The position numbers and the translations under genes are program-made. The notes beneath the pieces were generated by a model. That model did not search any database. It was given only the letters and a program-made list of their open reading frames with translations, and had not been told where the DNA came from. From an uncultured Desulfobacteraceae bacterium (GTDB lineage: Bacteria > Desulfobacterota > Desulfobacteria > Desulfobacterales > UBA11574), in NCBI GenBank assembly GCA_964502855.1, contig CAZDAB010000001.1, positions 1 to 49,850 of the forward strand: DNA of 49,850 nucleotides, written 5' to 3'. Every line of letters starts with the position of its first letter. Positions within the stretch are counted from its first letter, which is position 1. Positions 8,761 to 18,421 of this stretch are shown here, one piece after another.

Positions 8761-10110
8761 TTACTTCATGCCCTTTTTTATACTTTCCAGTCTTTCCAAA
8801 AGCGTTTTGGCCTTTTCGATCTCTTTTTCTACATCTTTGTATTTAGGATCAATTGCACAAACGAGTTCCCATTCCCTGACGGCTTCAGCCAATTGCTGGT
8901 TTCCATAGTACGAGAGACCTCTGTTGTAATGGGTTTCCATGTAGATTTCGCCACTTTTCTTGATATAGTCCTGGCACTTCTCACAGTCCTTATTGTAACT
9001 CAAAGATGTTTCAAAGTTCTTTTTAGCTGCCAGATAATCTTCCTTTTCAAACAGGGATATCCCATACTGAAAGTGCGTGCTGTAAAGGTATTCACGGGCG
9101 GATTCGTCATCAGGATTCGCATTTAATACTTTATTGAATTCGACAATAGCGGACGGGTATTCTTTATTATTAAAGTATTCAATACCCAGAGCTCGATAGT
9201 CTGCCGCTTCATCAATGCGCTCTTCCTCTTCCACGCCTTCATCCTTTTTTTCTTCCTCCTCCAAAAGGACGGATTCCGGCGCCTTAACCTCTTCGGTCTT
9301 GATCTCATGTTTTGATGCTAAAAATGGCATTCCCTCTATTTCAGGAACTTTTATTTTTTGCCCCACCTCTATCTGGGTTACATCGGACATGTTATTAAAT
9401 TCAGCTATGATCGGAAACTTTTTATAGTCCCCGTAATATGTCTTAGCTACCATTGAAAGGCTTTCGCCCGGTTTGATTGTGTGAATAATATACTTTTTAC
9501 CCGTCTCAATTTCCTGTTTTTTCGTTAATAAGGGCATTCCCTCTATTTCAGGAACTTTTATTTTTTGCCCCACCTCTATCCGGGTTGCATCGGACATGTT
9601 ATTAAATTTAGCTATAATCGGAAACTTTTTATAATCCCCGTAATATATCTTAGCTACCATTGAAAGGCTTTCGCCCGGTTTTATTGTGTGAATAATATAT
9701 TTCTCTGCGGGGATCTCTGCCCTGGGCTTGATCGCTCTCAAAGCTTCTAAATGATCCGGCTGAAGTTCCAATGTTGTTAAGAACTCTTTACGAGCCAATT
9801 GATATTTCCCCTTTTTGCGTAAATTTAACCCTTCCTGATAGTGTTTTTCCGCCAATATTCGCATATTTTTTTCAAGCAGGTCTTTTTTCTCTATCGCCTC
9901 CTTGTTCTTGGGGTCAACAGTAAGCGCCAGTTTATACTGCTTCAAGGCGGGCACCAGATCGCCTTTGTTTTCATAATCCTGCCCGGTTCGAATATAAGTC
10001 TGAACCAGTTCTTGCTTTTGAGATCCAGTGAGTTTTTCTTTAATCCCGGCACATCCCCCTATCATTACCCCTATCAACACCCCTAAGATAAATATTCTGA
10101 TTTTTTTCAT
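8761..10110 (-). CDS. lipoprotein with TPR repeats flanking two tandem LysM domains
   Basis: Lipobox MIGGCAG. Two near-identical LysM modules (YIIHTIKPGESLSMVAK.YYGDYKKFPIIA.FNNMSD...IEVGQKIKVPEIEGMP). TPR-like repeats at both ends. Confidence 0.8.
   Translation of the reverse strand: MKKIRIFILGVLIGVMIGGCAGIKEKLTGSQKQELVQTYIRTGQDYENKGDLVPALKQYKLALTVDPKNKEAIEKKDLLEKNMRILAEKHYQEGLNLRKKGKYQLARKEFLTTLELQPDHLEALRAIKPRAEIPAEKYIIHTIKPGESLSMVAKIYYGDYKKFPIIAKFNNMSDATRIEVGQKIKVPEIEGMPLLTKKQEIETGKKYIIHTIKPGESLSMVAKTYYGDYKKFPIIAEFNNMSDVTQIEVGQKIKVPEIEGMPFLASKHEIKTEEVKAPESVLLEEEEKKDEGVEEEERIDEAADYRALGIEYFNNKEYPSAIVEFNKVLNANPDDESAREYLYSTHFQYGISLFEKEDYLAAKKNFETSLSYNKDCEKCQDYIKKSGEIYMETHYNRGLSYYGNQQLAEAVREWELVCAIDPKYKDVEKEIEKAKTLLERLESIKKGMK
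9326..9701. repeat. near-identical tandem duplication (207-bp period, ~169 bp conserved per copy) inside the LysM lipoprotein gene
   Basis: ggcattccctctatttcaggaacttttattttttgccccacctctatc... occurs at 9326 and again at 9533. Only a handful of mismatches are seen across each copy. Confidence 0.9.
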
Positions 10111-10117
10111 AATGATC

Positions 10118-11134
10118 TCACTTTAATGAAATTTTATGGAAACTTTTCAAAACGGAAACAAAAGTCTTCATATCCCTTTTCAATATCTGGGTCCTCCTCA
10201 AGGTAAGCGGATCGGCAAAAAATGGGTTGCTCCCCTTTTTTACCGTCACCGCAACCCGATAACCTAAGCGTCTGGTTATTTCTAACACATTTTGATTGTG
10301 TCGTCCATAAGGAAAAGCCAGAAAAATGGTATTTTGTTTCAGCTTCTTATCGATGATCTGTTTGGATACACGGAGTTCCTTTTCAATCCTATCCATAAAC
10401 GCCGAGGTATCTTCGCCTTCCTTCTGCCGGGTGAGGTCGCTGTGAAATACCGTATGTCCACCAATCTCAAAACCGTCTGCTTTCATTATACCGAGTTGCT
10501 TCCAGGTCAGGGAGTTTTTGCATGCATTTATGAAGTCGGTATAAATAAACAATGTGGCATGAAAACCATATTTTTTCAGAATAGGGTAACAAACATCATA
10601 GACGGATCTATAACCATCATCAATGGATATAATCACCGCCTTTTTGGGAATGGCATGACGATATTCAAGAAAATCAATAAGTTGTCTAAAGCTTATGACT
10701 CTGTAGCCATTTTCATAGAGGTATTTCATCTGTTGTTCAAAAATATGGGCAGGCATGCAAAGCGGAGATCTACAATCGTTTGCAAAACGGTGGTAACAAA
10801 GAATAGGAACAACCTGAAATCCATTCGCCGTTAGTCCCCCTATATTTGTCTCTTTGAGGGGAATAATAATCATCTTATTTTTTTCAAAAGAAACATCCTC
10901 ATTGGCGTCCTCTATTACCCAGAATTTTTTTCTATCCCCGAGATATTTTTCAGCCAGTGTTTCCGGCGTTTCTTTATCTTGGAGTTGACAAATAATATAG
11001 TCATTAGATTGAAAAATACCGGCAGTTTTAGCAGTTTTAAAAGTGGCACAGGAGATAAAGAAAAACCATCCAACTGTGCATATAAACAAGGTAATTACTG
11101 AACGTTTAAGTCTGTTAGCCCTCAAACCTTTCAA
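10118..11134 (-). CDS. polysaccharide deacetylase (CE4/NodB-type, PgaB-like) lipoprotein with an N-terminal LysM-like segment
   Basis: CE4 motifs ISIDDGYRSVYD, ATLFIYTDF, IGGHTVFHSDL and AFPYGRHN. TTG start preceded by GGAGGA. Lipobox-like FFISCAT. Confidence 0.85.
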   Translation of the reverse strand: MKGLRANRLKRSVITLFICTVGWFFFISCATFKTAKTAGIFQSNDYIICQLQDKETPETLAEKYLGDRKKFWVIEDANEDVSFEKNKMIIIPLKETNIGGLTANGFQVVPILCYHRFANDCRSPLCMPAHIFEQQMKYLYENGYRVISFRQLIDFLEYRHAIPKKAVIISIDDGYRSVYDVCYPILKKYGFHATLFIYTDFINACKNSLTWKQLGIMKADGFEIGGHTVFHSDLTRQKEGEDTSAFMDRIEKELRVSKQIIDKKLKQNTIFLAFPYGRHNQNVLEITRRLGYRVAVTVKKGSNPFFADPLTLRRTQILKRDMKTFVSVLKSFHKISLK

Positions 11135-11201
11135 AAGATATCCTCCGGTAAAAACATCCGTGTAAATGAATTAAAAAAATAGCAGTCGTTCACGGGGCAA
11201 T

Positions 11202-13175
11202 CTACCAAATATGAATTTTATCCCCTATTTTTGATAGGTTGTCAATGTTTTCTCTTAATTTATCGTCCGGCTTTATCGGCCGTCTCTGGTTTTTAATATG
11301 TCCGTAACTGAATTCAGGCTCTATCTTTACCACATGAACCTGAGCAATAACCGAGGGATCAGGCTGAAAACTTTTCCCCTTATATACAACCGGAGCACTT
11401 TCCTCGATAACATTAAATATCGTACCGGTAACCACCCCTTCACGAGCGCCGAGATTAACAAGAACCTGGTGACCGGAAACCTCGACCACATAAGCCTGCA
11501 TGGGATAATGCAAAATAATGTTGGTAAGAATCTCACGATTTAGCCAGTGCATATCTTTTTTTACCGTTATCTCGGAAGAAAATTGCCGGGTAATTACGTT
11601 GGATTTCTCTGACCTATCCGTATCCATCATGTTTATTTTTAAAAGCGGTCCACCGGGAAGATAATAAACAGACCCTTTGACAAGAAGTGTTGCACCCAGT
11701 GCTCTGGCCAGTCTTAACGTGGTTTCTTTGTCCGCCAGATCCTTTTGATCAAGTCCCAGCGCTTTAACTAAGCGCTCAACCAGGATTCTGCCAACGACTT
11801 GTACCCTCCCGGATGCCTCAAGCTGACGGGTAAGCTGTGCAGAGATTACCGCAACAAATCCGTCTCTTTCAGCCAAGCCGCCCGTTTCCATAAAATCAAA
11901 AAATGACAGTATAACGGCCCGGGATGTCCACGAGTCTTCACCGGAAACATCCTCTTTGATCCCACCGTTATATCTGGCAACCAGTTCTTTGACTTTATCA
12001 TCCAGCATTCTCTTTTTTTCAAGATCCTTTTCGATAAGAAGTCTTTTCTGGGCATTGTCGGCAAGAACCGTTGCGAAAGGATCATTGGGGTCAACGGCCT
12101 GAGCTTTGCGATAGGCTTCAAGTGCCTTTTCCCAATTTCCCTCCCTTTCATAGGTCAATCCCTTGTTTGAGGTGGCCTCAATATAATACGGGTCGATGGC
12201 AACAGCCTGATCATACAACTCCCGAGATTTTTTGTAGTTTCCGCGACCGGCATGGATCCGCCCCAGCTGATTGTATGCCACCGCACTCTGGTAGGGTTCC
12301 GATCCCTTTTTCCGAACAGCTTTTTTATATTCATCCTCAGCTTCCTTGACCTTATTCTGGCGGTATAAAAGATTTCCTTTAACCACATGGACCTGTGCTC
12401 TGTCAGCGGCCTTTTCCTCGACCTCCCTTGCCACCTTAAGCGCTTTTTCAGTTTGTCCTTTTTTAGCATAAACCGTGGATAGCCCTTCTTTTCCCAGAAC
12501 CTCCGCCTCTCCCTTTTTTCTGGAAAGATTGTAAAACGTTTTTTCTGCCTCATCCAACTTTCCCTCTTTCAGTTCCGCATACCCCTGTACGGTTTTAGCC
12601 CTTACGTTTTTCGGATTCTTTTTCACCACTTTTTCGCTGATTGCCAGGGCTATTTTCGTCTGCTTTCGCTGCAGTTTGCGTTCGGCCAGCTTTACCAGCA
12701 TAACCTCAGTGGTTCTGCCGCCGCCTTGAAAATAATCGAGCAGTTTTAAATCGGGCCCTAAAATGCAAATCGTCGGAAGAATCAGCCGGGCATGATAAAG
12801 ATCACTCACTCCTGACGAGTCGATCAGAACCGGAAAAGACGGCTGAAGGGTTGCTATAAATTTATTGACCTTATTTGTTGAAGACCGTGTCACTCCCCAT
12901 ACCATCAAGTCGGCATCTTTGTATTGTTTTGACAGTTGATCGATATTCAACAGGCCTTCCTGGCTGGGCCTTGAGTCAACATCAAAAAAATAAATGATGA
13001 CCATGGGCTGATTTTTCATACTTGACAAATCATAATTTTTTCCCTTTACATCTTTCAGCGAAAACAAGGGAACATGCTGACCCCCCGGAAGCTGGCTGTA
13101 ACAAATACCGGCTGTTGCGACCAGAAAAATCGCTGAAATGAAAAAACAACAAAATATTCTTAATACCGGTTTCAT
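11202..13175 (-). CDS. exported multi-domain protein: thioredoxin/TlpA-like fold lacking the CxxC, then TPR repeats, then a C-terminal region of unassigned fold
   Basis: Signal-like N-terminus. TlpA/redoxin-like layout (PLFSLKDVKGKNYDLSS...PMVIIYFFDVDSRPSQEG...FPVLIDSSG) with SRPS where WCxxC is expected. Multiple TPR-like repeats. Strong RBS GAGGAGGAAG. Confidence 0.7.
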   Translation of the reverse strand: MKPVLRIFCCFFISAIFLVATAGICYSQLPGGQHVPLFSLKDVKGKNYDLSSMKNQPMVIIYFFDVDSRPSQEGLLNIDQLSKQYKDADLMVWGVTRSSTNKVNKFIATLQPSFPVLIDSSGVSDLYHARLILPTICILGPDLKLLDYFQGGGRTTEVMLVKLAERKLQRKQTKIALAISEKVVKKNPKNVRAKTVQGYAELKEGKLDEAEKTFYNLSRKKGEAEVLGKEGLSTVYAKKGQTEKALKVAREVEEKAADRAQVHVVKGNLLYRQNKVKEAEDEYKKAVRKKGSEPYQSAVAYNQLGRIHAGRGNYKKSRELYDQAVAIDPYYIEATSNKGLTYEREGNWEKALEAYRKAQAVDPNDPFATVLADNAQKRLLIEKDLEKKRMLDDKVKELVARYNGGIKEDVSGEDSWTSRAVILSFFDFMETGGLAERDGFVAVISAQLTRQLEASGRVQVVGRILVERLVKALGLDQKDLADKETTLRLARALGATLLVKGSVYYLPGGPLLKINMMDTDRSEKSNVITRQFSSEITVKKDMHWLNREILTNIILHYPMQAYVVEVSGHQVLVNLGAREGVVTGTIFNVIEESAPVVYKGKSFQPDPSVIAQVHVVKIEPEFSYGHIKNQRRPIKPDDKLRENIDNLSKIGDKIHIW

Positions 13176-13204
13176 GACACTTCCTCCTCAATCTTCACAC
13201 GATG

Positions 13205-14485
13205 TTATTCAATAGGTATTAAACGCACATTCAGGGGAGTTTCGCCGGGGTTGCTAATCTGCAGCTGTGCCTCCCACTCAAGATAATCCGGAAGGCTGAC
13301 CCGAACTTCGTATTTCCCAATTGGAATTTCAAGGTTTATGGGGGTATTGCCTTTAAGTGAATCATTTAAAAAAACTTGAGCCCCGGAAGGTGAACTGGTC
13401 ACCATTAGAATTGCATCTACAGGCTTGTTCGCCTCGACACGGGTCGATAAGGAAGATTCAGATTTACCTGTAGTATCCTGCAATTTGGCAGGTTGAAACG
13501 ATTCCGTTACAGCAGATTTTTCGCCATTCGACAGTAATGACGCCTGCTTTTTATGTGCTCCAAAAAAATAGATTGCCCCTCCAAGAACAACTGCCGCCAT
13601 TAGACCCATAATTAAAACAGATGCCACAGGTTTTTTTTTGGGGCTTACCGGTTTTTCGGAGAATAAAAGAAATTCTTTTACCTGAAGACAGGTTTTAAGG
13701 GCATCGCCCATTTCCTTACCGGTTTGAAAGCGTTCATCGGGATTTTTAGATAGGGCTTTCATGATTAGATCAGAGAGCGACTGGGGGATTGACGTGTCAA
13801 TTTTTAAAGGTGCCACGGGAATGTCATCTGTAATGGCCCTGAAGATGGCAGTAAAATGATCTCCCTCAAACGGCTTACGACCCACAATCAATTCATAAAG
13901 GACAACTCCAAGGGAAAACAGATCAGATCGCCCGTCAATCCTTTTCCCCATAACCTGCTCCGGTGACATATAGAAAGGGGTCCCTAAAATCACTCCTGTC
14001 TGGGTTTGTTGAGCCGCATTTGAATCTTCTGCACGGGCAATCCCGAAATCGGTTAGTTTTACCCCCCCCTCATCAGTCAATATAATATTGGAGGGTTTAA
14101 TATCCCTGTGGACAATCCCTTTATTATGAGCATAGCCAAGAGCATGTGCGACCTGTAAAGCAATATCGATTATTTCCTCGACATTCAATCTTCCACTACG
14201 AATCACTTCATTAAAGGCTTGCCCCTGAAGATATTCCATAGCAATGTAAATGGTTCCATGGTCTCGCCCGACATCATATACCGTAACGATATTGGGATGA
14301 GAAAGTCGACCGATGAATTTTGCCTCTTTAAAAAACCGCGACACAAACTCTTCGTTGACCACGCGGTCCACCCGTAACACCTTTAACGCAACCGGTCGGT
14401 CAATCTGAGGATCGTGGGCTTGATAAACCACGCCCATCCCGCCTTTGCCCAATTCTTTTATAATTTCATATCGTCCGTATTTCAT
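13205..14485 (-). CDS. Hanks-type Ser/Thr protein kinase with one TM helix and a C-terminal extracytoplasmic PEGA domain
   Basis: Kinase motifs GKGGMGVVY, VALK, HRDIKPSNIIL, DFGIA and SPEQ. TM helix VLIMGLMAAVVLGGAIYFF. PEGA-like SSPSGAQVFLNDSLKGNTPINLEIPIGKYEVRVSLPDY. Confidence 0.9.
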   Translation of the reverse strand: MKYGRYEIIKELGKGGMGVVYQAHDPQIDRPVALKVLRVDRVVNEEFVSRFFKEAKFIGRLSHPNIVTVYDVGRDHGTIYIAMEYLQGQAFNEVIRSGRLNVEEIIDIALQVAHALGYAHNKGIVHRDIKPSNIILTDEGGVKLTDFGIARAEDSNAAQQTQTGVILGTPFYMSPEQVMGKRIDGRSDLFSLGVVLYELIVGRKPFEGDHFTAIFRAITDDIPVAPLKIDTSIPQSLSDLIMKALSKNPDERFQTGKEMGDALKTCLQVKEFLLFSEKPVSPKKKPVASVLIMGLMAAVVLGGAIYFFGAHKKQASLLSNGEKSAVTESFQPAKLQDTTGKSESSLSTRVEANKPVDAILMVTSSPSGAQVFLNDSLKGNTPINLEIPIGKYEVRVSLPDYLEWEAQLQISNPGETPLNVRLIPIE

Positions 14486-14643
14486 TAATAATTGTGCTAA
14501 AATTATCCGTCTGAAACAATATCCTTAATTTTTGCATCGGCAGTGAATATGGTTTCGGAAATCCATATGAACCCGATAAAAAATATTGAACATCGGCGAG
14601 TTTAAAAGGAAAAAAACAATTATTTTGGAATTCGTTTTTTTAT

Positions 14644-15372
14644 TCATAGTATTTCAGCGAGAACCACTGTGATATTATCCTTTCCTCCGGCGGATATGGC
14701 CATTTCAATAAGTTTTTCAGTCTGTTGGGGCAAGGCAATGTCTGAATAAAGGACCTGGCCGATGAGATGGTCATCGATCATATCGGTCAGGCCGTCTGAG
14801 CAGAGAAGAAACAGATCGCCGGAATACGTTTTCCCTTTTAAAATATCGAGAGCTAAATTTTCATTGATGCCCACGGCTCGCAGGATGACGTTGCGAAGGG
14901 AATGGCTTTTAGCTTCTTCAGGTGTAATCAACCCCTGATCTATCTGGTCCTGCACAAGAGAATGATCCTTGGTAAGCTGCTTAAGTTGACCATTCCGGAT
15001 ACGGTAGATTCGGCTGTCTCCAATATGGCCGATTAAAAAGCCGTGCTCGTGAAAAGCCACGAGTTCAGCGGTGCAGCCCATTCCCTGGTGATGGGGATTC
15101 TCCCTTACATACTCTAAAATCCTTTCATGGGCGGAACGGAACGTCTTTTTAACCTTCTCAAGCATGTTATCTTCAGATTGATCATTATCGGCTGAAAAAA
15201 CTTCAAGTGCTGTTTCAGTAAACATTCGACTGGCCAATTCACCGGCGGCAGCACCGCCCATTCCATCCGACACAAGGCAAAATCCAATATCAGGTTTGAT
15301 GAGAAACGTATCTTCGTTATTCGGGCGAATAAGCCCAACATCTGTTTTTCCAAAATAATTTATTTTTGACAT
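14644..15372 (-). CDS. PP2C-family Ser/Thr protein phosphatase (Stp/PppA-like)
   Basis: PP2C motifs RPNNEDTF, VSDGMGG, GCTAEL, IGDSRIY, LLCSDGLTD and GGKDNITVV. Confidence 0.9.
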   Translation of the reverse strand: MSKINYFGKTDVGLIRPNNEDTFLIKPDIGFCLVSDGMGGAAAGELASRMFTETALEVFSADNDQSEDNMLEKVKKTFRSAHERILEYVRENPHHQGMGCTAELVAFHEHGFLIGHIGDSRIYRIRNGQLKQLTKDHSLVQDQIDQGLITPEEAKSHSLRNVILRAVGINENLALDILKGKTYSGDLFLLCSDGLTDMIDDHLIGQVLYSDIALPQQTEKLIEMAISAGGKDNITVVLAEIL

Positions 15373-15419
15373 AACTTTAAAAAACCAAGAAACAACATAA
15401 AAAACGCGTACACAGCTTT

Positions 15420-17054
15420 TTAGGTCGTTTCTTCGGTTGCTCCGAAGTTCTTCCTCATGAATTCTGAAAGATCGGAGGCATCGTAAGATTTATTCAATTT
15501 ATTTCTCAGGATTATCAGATCATTATGGATTTCCTGCGTGGTTTGATACCTTAATTTTTTATCTTTTTCCAAACATTTCATCACAATTCTGTTTAGCGCT
15601 TCCGGGATATCCGGCCTTAGGCTGATCAGAGGGGGAATCTCTATTTTAGGAATGGAGCGAATGGCCTCTATATGATTATCAAATCGATACACCTTATTAT
15701 AGGAAAGTATTTCATAAAAGACGAGCCCCAGTGCATAGATATCAGCCTGATGGTCTACCTCCTGCCCCAGTACCTGTTCAGGAGCCAAATAAGATAGTTT
15801 TCCTTTAATTACACCGGCCTGGGTCATACTGGGCTCAGAACGTGCTTTGGAAATTCCAAAATCGGCTATTTTCACTTCTCCTAGAAATGAAATCAGCATG
15901 TTTTGGGGGCTTATATCCCGATGTACAATATGTAACGGTTCGCCACTTCTATCATCCTTTCTTGTATGGGAGTACGTCAGTCCCATACATATTTTCATTA
16001 TAATAAAAATGGAAAGATCAACAGGAAGCCCTTGTTTTAAGTGCGCCATGATTTCACCCAGGTTTTTTCCCGGAATATAGTCCATTGCAATTAAATAAGC
16101 GTTCTGTATCTTACCGAAATCAATAATCTGGACGATGTTTGGGTGTTGTAGCAACGCGGCGAGCCTGGCTTCACGAATAAACATTTTTATAAAATCTTGG
16201 TTTTCGGATAGGTGGGGAAGTATTTTTTTAATGGCAACCGTTCTCCGAAAACCATCTTCACGAATGTAGTCCGCGATAAACAGCTCGGCCATTCCGCCCT
16301 TTGCGATCTGCTTTATTAACACATAAGGACCGATTTTTACCATTCCTTCGACTTCTTTCCGAATTTTTCTTGCTTTTGCCCGGAAGATACGATCAACAAA
16401 AAATAAAATCACCGCCGCCAGAATGGTGCTAAGGAACAGCATTGACAAAAATATCATCCGGAATCTGCTTAACGCATGGTTAAGTTCCGTGGAAGACATC
16501 ACGTAATATACCTTGCCGATTTTTACCCCGGAATAGGAGATATCTTGGGAAAAGCGGAAAAGCGGTTTATTGTCATCTCCTCCTTTTCCGGTCTCAATAT
16601 ATACACCATCAACGATTTTTACCTCTCTTAAATCCTTAAAAGACATCAATGGACGGTTGGTCATCTCAGGGTCGGAGTGCGCCAGGACCTTATTTTTGTG
16701 GTCAAGGATCGCCGCAAAAACCAGATTTTTGTTTTTTGCAAATTCCCCGATAGCAACATTCAAAGTAAGTACATCTTTTGCCAGCAACGAGGAACTGGTT
16801 TTTGCAGACAGGCTCTGGGTCGCAGATATCCCTTTTTGATAAAAATCATTTTTCAGGCCCGTTACAGCATTGTGGTATATTAAAAAGCCGCATACATTAA
16901 TGATTAGCCAGGAGGTAAGACATATAACAATGCTTTTTTTGTTCCGTTTAACAAACTCAATACTAAATAGTTTTTTGGAAATAGCAGAAAAGGTTTTTGT
17001 TGAAAATTGTTTTACCCATAACATAGTCGTTGAAACTTTTTCACTAACACTCAT
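15420..17054 (-). CDS. Hanks-type Ser/Thr protein kinase with an N-terminal TM-flanked extracytoplasmic sensor-like domain
   Basis: Kinase motifs AKGGMAELF, VAIKK, HRDISPQNMLI, DFGISK and APEQ. An N-terminal ~200 aa is bounded by two TM helices. I prefer ATG 17054 (RBS GGGGAG) over the tracked TTG 17090. Confidence 0.85.
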   Translation of the reverse strand: MSVSEKVSTTMLWVKQFSTKTFSAISKKLFSIEFVKRNKKSIVICLTSWLIINVCGFLIYHNAVTGLKNDFYQKGISATQSLSAKTSSSLLAKDVLTLNVAIGEFAKNKNLVFAAILDHKNKVLAHSDPEMTNRPLMSFKDLREVKIVDGVYIETGKGGDDNKPLFRFSQDISYSGVKIGKVYYVMSSTELNHALSRFRMIFLSMLFLSTILAAVILFFVDRIFRAKARKIRKEVEGMVKIGPYVLIKQIAKGGMAELFIADYIREDGFRRTVAIKKILPHLSENQDFIKMFIREARLAALLQHPNIVQIIDFGKIQNAYLIAMDYIPGKNLGEIMAHLKQGLPVDLSIFIIMKICMGLTYSHTRKDDRSGEPLHIVHRDISPQNMLISFLGEVKIADFGISKARSEPSMTQAGVIKGKLSYLAPEQVLGQEVDHQADIYALGLVFYEILSYNKVYRFDNHIEAIRSIPKIEIPPLISLRPDIPEALNRIVMKCLEKDKKLRYQTTQEIHNDLIILRNKLNKSYDASDLSEFMRKNFGATEETT

Positions 17055-17099
17055 AATTTTCTCCCCGCCATTGCAGACAATCGTGGCCAATAATACCGG

Positions 17100-17981
17100 T
17101 TATCCAACAGCAAGTTTTTTTATGATTTCAGTGCATCGAAAAATCACCTGACGCTTCAGCCACCCCAAGTCTTCTCTATTTGAAACTTCTGACAGACGAA
17201 TCCCTTTCAAAGGTCGAAATCCGACCGGATTAAATCCATCCTGCACTGATTTGACAATTAGAAATTTGTCCAGATTAATATGGGAAAAACGTTCCCGAGA
17301 GAATGGTTGTTCTGCCCCGCATAAGGGACAGGACATATTTGAATTTTCAATAAATGCACGGGTAAAAGAGACTTTTGGACCATATCGGGCTTTCAATGCA
17401 TCCGTGATCGGCCTGAAGCCTTTAAAATAAAGGCCGGTCAGTACAAACACCAGTATGATAAAGCTAGAAATAGAAATGAGAATAAATCCATACCTAATTC
17501 TATTTATCCAGTCTGCAGAATAACTCAGATAAAATTTGCCGATTCGGGTTGCGGCATAAATTATATCAGTAGAAAAATTGATGGTCCGACGATGACGGTT
17601 GGAAGAGCCTTCCCAAACGGATACATGATCCGAGCTGGACACACCTTCACTTTTAAGCGGTACGAGCTGGTTAGGATCGGTATAGGCAATAATTTTATTT
17701 TTATGATCCATAATGGAAGCATACGACACACCCGGTCTTTTTTCCACATCCTGTAGTATCTTTCTTAAGGACGTTACATCACGCTCAAGAAGCGGCAAGC
17801 TTGTTTTACCGGTAACTTCATGCAGCAATGCCACCCCGGATTGAGTAATATGGTTTTTGAACTTTTCTATCTTAAAGGAAATAATTACATACCCAATGAC
17901 GATAACCAACCACCATATTGCCACACACAGAAAAAGACGACTCTTTTTTATACTGCCCGTATCTTTCTTTTTAAAGTTCAT
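17100..17981 (-). CDS. membrane protein carrying a paralogue of the kinase sensor domain, plus a cytoplasmic tail with a CPLC motif
   Basis: Aligns by eye to the N-terminal domain of the downstream kinase: LLERDVTSLR/LLAKDVLTLN, ASIMDHKNKIIAYTDPN/AAILDHKNKVLAHSDPE, FSTDIIYAATRIGKFYLSYS/FSQDISYSGVKIGKVYYVMS. Two TM helices. Confidence 0.65.
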   Translation of the reverse strand: MNFKKKDTGSIKKSRLFLCVAIWWLVIVIGYVIISFKIEKFKNHITQSGVALLHEVTGKTSLPLLERDVTSLRKILQDVEKRPGVSYASIMDHKNKIIAYTDPNQLVPLKSEGVSSSDHVSVWEGSSNRHRRTINFSTDIIYAATRIGKFYLSYSADWINRIRYGFILISISSFIILVFVLTGLYFKGFRPITDALKARYGPKVSFTRAFIENSNMSCPLCGAEQPFSRERFSHINLDKFLIVKSVQDGFNPVGFRPLKGIRLSEVSNREDLGWLKRQVIFRCTEIIKKLAVG

Positions 17982-18324
17982 TAATAAGTTGCCTCATTGA
18001 TTACAAATTGCAATGACAGAAATAAAATCAAGGCATTTGATTATGCCGCATTTTAGATTTTTATGCATATACAATAGGTTAGAAGTTAAACATGTAACTT
18101 TTTAATAAGCTCTGGTGTATGAAATAATCATATTGACCCGGCCCCGTAATTCATTGAGATGTTACTTAAAAACCTAATGAAAATTATTATAATACCAGAA
18201 TATTGTCAAGAAACTTATCGGGTGGTTTATCCCGAACCTAAACGAAACAACCCTTTATCCGTTCACCAAGGGTTCTAAAAAGCATTATTCTTGAATTCGT
18301 GATTATGCTATGCTATAAATGTTT

Positions 18325-18354
18325 TTGACAAGCAAACGGTTAATAAAGATTAAT
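18325..18354 (+). promoter_or_regulatory. candidate sigma70-type promoter for the dual-FHA gene, within a 440-bp AT-rich divergent intergenic region (17982-18421)
   Basis: TTGACA (18325-18330), an 18-nt spacer, then ATTAAT (18349-18354), about 65 nt upstream of ATG 18422. This is a consensus match only. Confidence 0.25.
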
Positions 18355-18421
18355 TCCAGCCGGCCTTGCATCTGTTATGGTTACGGTGAATTTAAATTTC
18401 AAAAGAAAATAAGGCGTTATT

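Noticed and set aside
9300-9720. Regularly spaced repeats that could be mistaken for a CRISPR-like array (also 20451-20529 and 37024-37059)
   Set aside because: All are in-frame coding tandem repeats inside well-supported genes, either without unique spacers or with a 207-bp protein-domain period. No cas genes are present.
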